Source of the DNA: Methanosphaera stadtmanae DSM 3091
GTDB lineage: Archaea; Methanobacteriota; Methanobacteria; Methanobacteriales; Methanobacteriaceae
Assembly (NCBI RefSeq): GCF_000012545.1
Contig: NC_007681.1
Location: 1,560,001 to 1,592,000, forward strand
DNA: 32,000 nucleotides
Direction: 5' to 3'
Below are positions 1-7,553 of this stretch, one piece after another. Below the pieces are notes generated by a model. It had not been told where the DNA came from and made no database searches. It worked only from the letters and a program-made list of their open reading frames with translations. The position numbers were made by a program, and so were the translations under genes. Position 1 is the first letter of the stretch; every line of letters begins with the position of its first letter.

Positions 1-708
1 TATTCTATTATTAATAGTTACAGAAATGTTACATAAATTTAGAGATATATGGAAAATTGTATATTATCTCTAAAGAATTCCCCTACATATTATCATAAGT
101 TATGCTATTTTAATAGACAAAATTAATTATATATTTAGAATTTATATAAAAATTAATAAAATTGTATATATAAATCATTATGAATTTAATAAAATACAAG
201 TTTTCATAAAAAAGAATAATCTTTAGAAAATAATAGAATACTATGAAAATAGCAATCCATTATAATATACAATATATAATGTAAATTCTTTTTACTTTAA
301 AGAAAAAATACCTTCTAAAAACATACTTTTAAAATATAATAGAATATATTGCAAATAGTATGTGATTTTAATAATAAATGAAAATTTAATTTTTTATTTA
401 TAATACAGTTTAAATAAATCTTAATATAAAAATCACAACAATATTCATACTTATTTTAGAATATAAATAAGATTTTAAAAAACAGAAATCAACATTTGAA
501 AAACAACATTTTACACATGAAAAATCATAGAAAAACAAAAATCATACATATAAAAACAAATTTTTATTTATATATAAAATATCATACCCTAATTTCCACA
601 TATTAACAACACTCACCAATTATTAATTAATGTTATTTTTCATAGAAAACTACTAATTTTAATAAACAACTTCTTATAAAAATAAATTATAGAATAGGAA
701 GAAGGATT

Positions 709-1431
709 ATGAGTAAACAAACAGTAAGAAAAACAATAAAATTAGATGCTAATCTATGGAGTAGTTTTCAAGAAAAGATAGAACAAGAGTATGGAACTAC
801 ATATAAACATACATCAGAAGAGATAGAGAATGCTATTGCAAATTACATCAATAAAGATATTCAAGATATTGAAAAAACAAAAACAATTATTCAAAATCTA
901 AAATATGAAAATGAAAGTTTAAAAAGTGAAAATACAAGCCTAACAAAAGAAATTAAAAGTATTACAACAGAACATTTAAAATTAACTAATGAAAATAAAA
1001 AACATACATCTACAATAGATACACAAAAAAGTAGTATAGAATTACTTGAAAGTAAGAATTTGAATTTAGAAAATAAAATACAACAACTCGAAATAGAATT
1101 AAATCGTGTGAATTCTTTAAATAATGATAATGTTGAAGAAATTAAAATTTTAAAAGAAAATAATAAAGTTTTAGAAGAAAAATATATTGAACAAGTTGAA
1201 ACAACAAATAAACAAGTGCAAGAGAATACTAAAATTAAAAATAAACGAGAACATGCACAAGAAAGACTAAATAAAACACAAGACGAACTAAATGAAACTC
1301 TAAAAAGACTTGAAAAATATAGTTATGCCATAGGTCAAGTTCAACATATGAATATTATTGATAGAATTCTTAACAGACTACCTCAACAAGTAAAGGAATT
1401 ACAAGCTGCAACTTATGAGAAAAAAGAATAG
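709..1431 (+). CDS. Hypothetical protein: short N-terminal ribbon-helix-helix-like segment followed by a long coiled coil
   Basis: 240-aa ORF. The N-terminus RKTIKLDANLWSSFQEKIEQEYG looks like an RHH beta-strand plus helix. Residues ~55-200 are heptad-like and rich in E/K/L/N/I (LKYENESLKSENTSLTKEIKSI, LESKNLNLENKIQQLEIELNRV). AGGA-rich sequence (aggaagaagga) lies just upstream of the ATG. Confidence 0.6.
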   Translation: MSKQTVRKTIKLDANLWSSFQEKIEQEYGTTYKHTSEEIENAIANYINKDIQDIEKTKTIIQNLKYENESLKSENTSLTKEIKSITTEHLKLTNENKKHTSTIDTQKSSIELLESKNLNLENKIQQLEIELNRVNSLNNDNVEEIKILKENNKVLEEKYIEQVETTNKQVQENTKIKNKREHAQERLNKTQDELNETLKRLEKYSYAIGQVQHMNIIDRILNRLPQQVKELQAATYEKKE

Positions 1432-1441
1432 AAATATCCTA

Positions 1442-1807
1442 TCATTCTTTAATATACATTATAGGATATTCTAATTCTTCATCATAGGATATGCATGTAG
1501 AAATAACATCACTTCCCACATTCGTAGTTAATGTTACCTCAAGCATTGAACCCTCAAGAGATGTGTAGTTCATAGATCCACATGCATCTTTAATTAAATT
1601 CTTATTTAAAGAAACCTTCACATCTATAATTGCTGGTTGTAATAGTATACTTTCTTCTATAGCTTTTTCCAAACTACTACAGCTTTCAATATTAACTGGT
1701 GTTCCAACAAATTGATGATATAATGCACCCATACTAATACCACCCTCAAATATGGCTCTTTCCCTATTGGATAAATTTCTAAAATAATATTCTTCTTTCA
1801 TAGACAT
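1442..1807 (-). CDS. mptD: Archaeal-type dihydroneopterin aldolase-like protein (MptD / COG2098 family)
   Basis: 121-aa ORF. The segment ERAIFEGGISMGALYHQFVGTPV matches my recollection of the small archaeal MptD family (methanopterin biosynthesis). The size fits. The family call is from memory, not a search. Confidence 0.5.
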   Translation of the reverse strand: MSMKEEYYFRNLSNRERAIFEGGISMGALYHQFVGTPVNIESCSSLEKAIEESILLQPAIIDVKVSLNKNLIKDACGSMNYTSLEGSMLEVTLTTNVGSDVISTCISYDEELEYPIMYIKE

Positions 1808-1830
1808 ACCTCATTATATCATATATCATG

Positions 1831-2916
1831 TTACATTTTTAAATCTACCCATAATGGAGCATTATATGTTGGAATTGTTAAGATAATATTATCCATATTT
1901 GATATAACAGCTACTACAGAATCTCTTGGAATTTCAACCATTATAATATATTCAACATCCAAATTTCCAAGATTGGAAGTCCTCTCATAATCAGATAAAC
2001 GAGTACCATACTCTGTTAATAATAGATTTAATTGAGATTCATCAAGAACTCCAATAGCCTTTGATGATAACACTTCTTCAACCTCAATCACGTTCTTTTG
2101 TGATAAATTTCTCATATTAGGATATTCATCAAGTTCCATATTATAATTAATTACTCCAGAATCCTTAGATCTAAGTATTGATACTATTCTTGCCCCTCCA
2201 ACAAGTTTATTAGTCTTTCTATTAGTAGATATATTATCTGTATTGTTTAGATATTCTTCTGAATCAGTATCTATAATATTATTATATATATCAACAACAT
2301 CACCCACATTCAATAAACCACTGGCTGCCTGTTTTCTATTTATACTTAATGGAACTATCACAGAGTCAACCTTATGAATAGAAATACCAGTTAATGATTT
2401 TTCTGAATTAACATAAGTTGTTGCATTATCTACAGACATTATATTTTTTGTATCATTAACATCCACTTCCACTCTATCATATTTATCTTTAAATTCATTT
2501 ATTTGAGAATGTAGTTGATTTTTTAGTATAGGATATGCTAATGCTTCAACATCAATAGATTCAACTGCATCTTGCGTAGTTGCCGAATTGATTTGGGCTA
2601 TTATTGAATGTTTAGCTTGAATATTTTCTGTATTATTTTTAAAAATTGTATTTACTTCATTAATTTTAATAGTCTTTTTTGTGTTTAACTCCTCTATTGA
2701 AGGACTAAATACTAGAAAATAATAACATATCGCAAAGATTATTAAAACCACAAAAGAAAGTACAACAATACCTGTTAAAAGTTCTCTATTTTCTTTTTGA
2801 TAATATTGTCTATGTCTTTTATGAGACAATGTATTGTTGTTTGGCTCTAATGAATCTTTTAAATCATTGAATAAATTTTTAGAATTATATTTTAAGTAAT
2901 TGATTATTTTTTTCAT
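1831..2916 (-). CDS. Membrane-anchored hypothetical protein with a single N-terminal TM helix and a large extracytoplasmic domain; possibly the archaeal DUF515 type
   Basis: 361-aa ORF. A basic N-terminus is followed by the hydrophobic helix LLTGIVVLSFVVLIIFAICYYFLVF. The rest is polar. The central segment VPLSINRKQAASGLLNVGDVVDIY...ARIVSILRS resembles SAF/CpaB-type beta-clip motifs. Confidence 0.6.
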   Translation of the reverse strand: MKKIINYLKYNSKNLFNDLKDSLEPNNNTLSHKRHRQYYQKENRELLTGIVVLSFVVLIIFAICYYFLVFSPSIEELNTKKTIKINEVNTIFKNNTENIQAKHSIIAQINSATTQDAVESIDVEALAYPILKNQLHSQINEFKDKYDRVEVDVNDTKNIMSVDNATTYVNSEKSLTGISIHKVDSVIVPLSINRKQAASGLLNVGDVVDIYNNIIDTDSEEYLNNTDNISTNRKTNKLVGGARIVSILRSKDSGVINYNMELDEYPNMRNLSQKNVIEVEEVLSSKAIGVLDESQLNLLLTEYGTRLSDYERTSNLGNLDVEYIIMVEIPRDSVVAVISNMDNIILTIPTYNAPLWVDLKM

Positions 2917-2977
2917 AACTTATCTTTGTATATATTGAAAAAATAATACTTATAAAAAAAAGAAGTAAAGGATTTAT

Positions 2978-3769
2978 TTATTTTTTATGTAAATCCTTTT
3001 TAGATTTAGATGAATTTCTTGTTATAGTACTTATATCATCTATTACATTATTATTTACTTTTAATTTAGATATGGAATAATTATTAGCAGGTATGAAATT
3101 GTATATTGTAAGTCCAAATATGTATATCAATACTAATACTAGTAATATGTATGATGGAATTGAATGTAGTGCCTCATTGATATTTGGTATAATACATAAT
3201 ATTGTTAAGATTCCAGTTAATACAATAACCTTCATATCCCTTACTTTTGGATATTCAATACTTGATATCATAAGTAGAGATATTATAATTGTTAGTATAA
3301 ACATTGATTCAAAACTTATCAATGAAGTAAGTATTAATAATGCAACAATCATTGAAGATGATGGTATTGGTAATCCTATGAATACTTCTGTTGGACTGGT
3401 TTGTCCTGCCAGTAGTGTATTATATCTAGTTAATCTTAAAATTCCACATGCAACTAATAAAAATACTGGTATTAATATTAATGAATTATTAGTAAGCATA
3501 TATATTACTATTGCAGGTGCTACTCCAAAGGATACAATGTCTGCAAGTGAATCTATTGTTTCACCAAAAAGTGCATGCATAGGACCTTCATTAAACTTTC
3601 TTGCTAATATCCCATCAACACTATCAAATACAACAGCTAGTAGCAATAGTTGCGCTGAAAGTATTGTATTTCCAGTTAAAACAGCTAATATTGCACCTAG
3701 TCCAGATAATGCATTGGCAAGTGATGCTATATCAGCTATTGAAATCATTTTTAATATATTTGTTTCCAT
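2978..3769 (-). CDS. pssA: CDP-alcohol phosphatidyltransferase, archaetidylserine synthase-like
   Basis: The family signature D-x2-D-G-x2-A-R...G-x3-D-x3-D is present as FDSVDGILARKFNEGPMHALFGETIDSLADIVSFGVAP. The protein is polytopic and hydrophobic throughout. Confidence 0.8.
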   Translation of the reverse strand: METNILKMISIADIASLANALSGLGAILAVLTGNTILSAQLLLLAVVFDSVDGILARKFNEGPMHALFGETIDSLADIVSFGVAPAIVIYMLTNNSLILIPVFLLVACGILRLTRYNTLLAGQTSPTEVFIGLPIPSSSMIVALLILTSLISFESMFILTIIISLLMISSIEYPKVRDMKVIVLTGILTILCIIPNINEALHSIPSYILLVLVLIYIFGLTIYNFIPANNYSISKLKVNNNVIDDISTITRNSSKSKKDLHKK

Positions 3770-4035
3770 CTAAATCATTTCCTTGAAATTTTTTCTATTA
3801 TTATATATTTATATTTATAAATAAATACATATTTTGATTATTATTTTTTTATAAAAAATAATAATTATTCAAGGAATTTTTTATTATAAATACCTATTTT
3901 AACAACATATAATTAAACATTGTTTATTATTTTATTTATATTTATAGAAAAAATAATTCAAAAAAATATTAACTATAAAAATACTTGAAGATACAACATA
4001 TATATTAATAACATAAAATAAGGATTAAAAATAAT

Positions 4036-4674
4036 ATGATACTTGATGATGAAAGTCAAATTTTAGGAATTGATGAAGCAGGAAGAGGTTCAGTAATAGG
4101 TCCACTAGTAATAGGTGGAGTACTTATGAAAAAGAAAAAAATACGCTTCCTAAATAGAATTGGTGTAAAGGATTCTAAACAATTAAACATGAAAAAAAGA
4201 ACAATAATCTCTAGGAAAATAAAGAAAATAGCCCAGTTTAAAACAATAATAATTCCAGCCCATACAATAGATGAAAAAAGAAACAACGACATAAACCTAA
4301 ATGAGATTGAAACAGAAGGTATGGAAGAAATTATAAAAATAATGAAACCTAATGCATGTTATATTGATTGTATAGATGTACGTGAAAATAGATTTCATGA
4401 TAAAATACAGAAAATAAATCCAAACATGACTGTTGTAACAGAACATAAAGCTGATGAAACATATAAAATAGTATCAGCAGCATCCATTATTGCAAAGGTT
4501 GAAAGAGACAAACAACTAGAAATTATAAGACAAGAATATGGTTCAGTAGGCTCAGGATATCCAAGTGATAAAAATACAATAAACTACCTAAAAACAATAA
4601 AAAATAATCAATTTCCTCCAATAATAAGAAAAACATGGAAAACAATAGAAAATATAACAAAATCCACAGAATAA
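4036..4674 (+). CDS. rnhB: Ribonuclease HII
   Basis: N-terminal catalytic motif GIDEAGRGSVIGPLVIGG, later HKADETYKIVSAASIIAKVERD and SGYPSD. These are typical RNase HII blocks and the size (212 aa) fits. Confidence 0.9.
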   Translation: MILDDESQILGIDEAGRGSVIGPLVIGGVLMKKKKIRFLNRIGVKDSKQLNMKKRTIISRKIKKIAQFKTIIIPAHTIDEKRNNDINLNEIETEGMEEIIKIMKPNACYIDCIDVRENRFHDKIQKINPNMTVVTEHKADETYKIVSAASIIAKVERDKQLEIIRQEYGSVGSGYPSDKNTINYLKTIKNNQFPPIIRKTWKTIENITKSTE

Positions 4675-4824
4675 TAATACAAGCTAATAATCCCTAAATA
4701 TCCCATATATTAAATAAAATATGAAATTTATATAATATAAAATTAAGATATATACATTATATATAGAAAAAATTTTTAATCTGAGTACTAAAATAAAAAA
4801 ATTCCACTTAGGAGTAAAAATAAA

Positions 4825-5667
4825 ATGGATATTATAGGAATACTCACCTCGGGAGTAAATGATATAATAAGTATGTTTCAGAGTGGAGGAATAATCGTAT
4901 ATTTACTTACTGTAATAGGTCTTTATGGATTATTTCTTGCACTTGAGAAAATATGGTATTTACGAAAAGCATCAGAAGTTGACTTATCAGAATTAATGAT
5001 TGTTGTTAATGAATCCATGGCACATGGTGGTTCACTAGAAGCTTTAAGAGCAATTGGTAACTATAAAACACCATTATCCAGAATAATTTCTGAAGCTCTT
5101 AAAATTGGATACAGAAGTAAATCTGAAGTTGAAGATAACATGGAACAGGTTTTTATTGTTGAAATGAGTAAAATGATGAAAGGTCTCTCAACAATACAAA
5201 CAATTATTGAAATGGCACCACTACTAGGATTAATAGGTACAGTTCTTGGAATGTGGTATACATTCAAAGAATTAGGAGTAAGTAATGATATTACTCTTCT
5301 AGCTAATGGTATATACATTGCAATTATAACTACAATATTTGGATTAGCAGTAGCAATTATATTACTACCCTTCTATACATACATAAAAAACAAGATAGAA
5401 GTACAGTTAGATAATATTGAAATTGCTAAGAAAATGAGTAACTGGAGACATGCTGAAATGAAAATCTGGATTGAAACAGATAAAGAAGAAGTAATAGAAG
5501 CATTACAAGAATCTCCAGGTATTATTAAAGTAAAAGAAATTGATGATGAACAAGCAAATCTAAAAGTAGCTATTAAACCAAATATGCTAGAAAAAGGGAT
5601 AAAAACAATAATTAGAGAATGTTCTGATACATCCAATAGGATTGTTGAAAGTAAATTAAAACAATAA
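4825..5667 (+). CDS. MotA/TolQ/ExbB-family proton channel protein with an extended soluble C-terminal domain
   Basis: Three predicted TM helices. The family core is LSTIQTIIEMAPLLGLIGTVLGMWYTF followed by GIYIAIITTIFGLAVAIILLPFY. About 90 residues follow the last TM, encoded roughly by 5386-5664. Confidence 0.8.
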   Translation: MDIIGILTSGVNDIISMFQSGGIIVYLLTVIGLYGLFLALEKIWYLRKASEVDLSELMIVVNESMAHGGSLEALRAIGNYKTPLSRIISEALKIGYRSKSEVEDNMEQVFIVEMSKMMKGLSTIQTIIEMAPLLGLIGTVLGMWYTFKELGVSNDITLLANGIYIAIITTIFGLAVAIILLPFYTYIKNKIEVQLDNIEIAKKMSNWRHAEMKIWIETDKEEVIEALQESPGIIKVKEIDDEQANLKVAIKPNMLEKGIKTIIRECSDTSNRIVESKLKQ

Positions 5668-5694
5668 ACAAAAGTTTTATAGAAGGAATATCTA

Positions 5695-6102
5695 ATGGCT
5701 ATTGACACTAAACAATTTAAAGATAAAATTAAACAACAAAACCCTAACATAAATCTTGTACCATTGTTAGATGTTATATTTACAATAATGATATTTTTAC
5801 TAGTAGTATTAAGTCAGACACCAACATCAGATCTAACACACTATTCACAAGACCAAATATCAGCAAAGCCAACAAGTTCAACAGGAACCTCCGAATACTA
5901 TTTACTACCCTTAAATGGATTAAAAAAAGTAACAGTGAATGGAGTAGATTATTCTGATAAAATACGTAATGGTGCTATGGCAGTACATACAAGAGTTATG
6001 GATGAGGGTCAAATAACTATGGATTCATCAACAGGAACCATAACAATAAAATCACCAGAAGATTTAGCATCAATTGCTGTTAAAAGTCCAGCAAGTTCGT
6101 AA
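5695..6102 (+). CDS. ExbD/TolR-like biopolymer transport protein
   Basis: 135 aa. The N-terminal anchor motif INLVPLLDVIFTIMIFLLVV is characteristic of ExbD/TolR. It is followed by a Ser/Thr-rich linker and a small extracytoplasmic domain. The gene starts 28 nt after the ExbB-like gene. Confidence 0.7.
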   Translation: MAIDTKQFKDKIKQQNPNINLVPLLDVIFTIMIFLLVVLSQTPTSDLTHYSQDQISAKPTSSTGTSEYYLLPLNGLKKVTVNGVDYSDKIRNGAMAVHTRVMDEGQITMDSSTGTITIKSPEDLASIAVKSPASS

Positions 6103-6163
6103 ATAACTAAAAAAAAATACTCAGATAAATATTATTAGAAAAAATAGATAATGAGATGATAAA

Positions 6164-6772
6164 ATGTATCTTGGAAGAATAATATCAATAGGAAGTAGTA
6201 AAGATGGTGTTTATGCATCATATAGAGTATCAAGCAGATCATTTCCAAATCGTAAATCTGTAGTAAACAATCAAAAAGTAGCAATCATACCAACTCAAGG
6301 ATCAGAAGATGATATCTATAAAAATCCATATATAAGCTACAACTGTATTGACATAATAGATGACATATGTGTTGTAACAAATGGATCACACACAGATATT
6401 ATTGCAGGTAAAATAAGAGAAGGTATGAATATGAAAGATGCTGTGGCTCTATCCCTTCTTACAATGGATTATGAAAAAGATGATTATAACACCCCCCGTA
6501 TAGGTGGAGCAATAAATACTAAAGGTGAAGGTTACATAGGTATTGTAACACATGAAGGTATTGAAGTTAAAAAAGTAAATCCTGGTGAATCCTTCTATGT
6601 ATCAACATATGAACATAACACTCCCCGAGAAGTAGACTATACTGCAACAAATGCAAAAGAAGCTACTGAATTCATATTTAATGGTGGAATATTTAGTGAA
6701 TTTACACACCCTGTAACATCTTGTGCAGCATTTAATAAAGATGAATGGGAAATAGATTTTAAAAATCCATAA
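6164..6772 (+). CDS. purO: Archaeal IMP cyclohydrolase
   Basis: The N-terminus MYLGRIISIGSSKDGVYASYRVSSRSFPNR matches the conserved PurO N-terminal block. The 202-aa size fits. Confidence 0.9.
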   Translation: MYLGRIISIGSSKDGVYASYRVSSRSFPNRKSVVNNQKVAIIPTQGSEDDIYKNPYISYNCIDIIDDICVVTNGSHTDIIAGKIREGMNMKDAVALSLLTMDYEKDDYNTPRIGGAINTKGEGYIGIVTHEGIEVKKVNPGESFYVSTYEHNTPREVDYTATNAKEATEFIFNGGIFSEFTHPVTSCAAFNKDEWEIDFKNP

Positions 6773-7386
6773 ATAAACTTAAACCCCAAATTCTTTTCTT
6801 TAATTTTTTAAGAACTTAACAGTATTGTTAGTGTTTTTTCAATAAAGATTTCATTGTTACTAAGTACTCTCCACTATATGGAGATATTAATTAGTTTTAT
6901 CTTTTTTTAAATAATCTTTTTTAAATATTTAATTTAATAAAATGTTTTATTTTTTATTGATTATACTACTATAATAAACTATTACCAGTTATTTGACTTT
7001 TAACTATTAAAAACACTGAGTTTATTTTTATTCATAAAATATCTCAAAAGTTAAGTAATAAACTATACTACCAAAAACAACGACATAATAGATTTACTTC
7101 AAAAACAACATCAACAAACAATCTAAAACTAAGATACAAAATTATAAGAGCAATACAAAAACTAAAATAAGTGGAAGAATAAGAAGAATCCAAAGAAATG
7201 TACTACAAAACCAATCAACAAACGTCTTCAACTATCATCTACATATAATTCACAATTCCATAACTTTCAGATAGTAACTGAATTATTCATAATTATTAAA
7301 AAAAATATATTAAAAAGGCAATATAAAGCTTTATTTAAAAAATAAACTCCAGTATAATTTTTATAGATAAAAACAATGGAATTTTT

Positions 7387-7399
7387 CCCCCCCCCCCCC
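7387..7399. repeat. Homopolymeric C13 tract flanked by T runs (tttttC13tttt)
   Basis: Read directly: 13 consecutive C in an otherwise extremely AT-rich intergenic region, about 155 bp upstream of the ATG at 7554. Confidence 0.95.
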
Positions 7400-7553
7400 T
7401 TTTAATAGAGTTATAATTTGTATGTTTAGAAATTGATTTTAGTTAGTTAAATCTAGTTAAATATAATTATAATTATTTTTAAATTAAGTAATAGCTAAGT
7501 TAAATCTTAGTTATTTTAAAATTTATTTAAATTAGGGAGGAAAAGTGATTAAA

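Noticed and set aside
226-360. Imperfect direct repeat of about 22-30 nt (aaaataatagaatactatgaaaatag versus aaaatataatagaatatattgcaaatag)
   Set aside because: Only about 80 percent identity in nearly pure A/T sequence. Such matches are expected by chance and there is no supporting context.
3093-3773. 226-aa plus-strand ORF (and the 61-aa ORF at 3601-3786) fully overlapping the minus-strand gene 2978-3769
   Set aside because: The minus-strand frame carries the complete CDP-alcohol phosphatidyltransferase signature and a sensible polytopic membrane profile. The plus-strand product is Ile/Asn/Ser-rich with no motif. This is a typical antisense shadow ORF in AT-rich DNA.
6816-6884. Small palindromes after purO (TAACA-gtat-TGTTA at 6816-6829 followed by a T-run; TCTCCA-ctata-TGGAGA at 6868-6884)
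   Set aside because: The stems are short (5-6 bp). They are plausible terminator or binding elements, but they are indistinguishable from chance and were not reported as features.
7020-7270. G-poor, A/C-rich tract (acaaca-type words) upstream of adhesin gene 1 that resembles the A-style coding blocks; considered as a gene fragment or ncRNA
   Set aside because: Stops occur in all frames and there is no recognisable peptide similarity to the adhesin repeats or any conserved structure. This cannot be supported from sequence alone.
7545-7553. GTG start codons proposed by the ORF track at 7545, 21005 and 28245
   Set aside because: In all three cases the GTG is embedded in the SD-like word AGTGAT, and an ATG follows 9 nt downstream at proper SD spacing. 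Two of the sites share an identical 15-mer.
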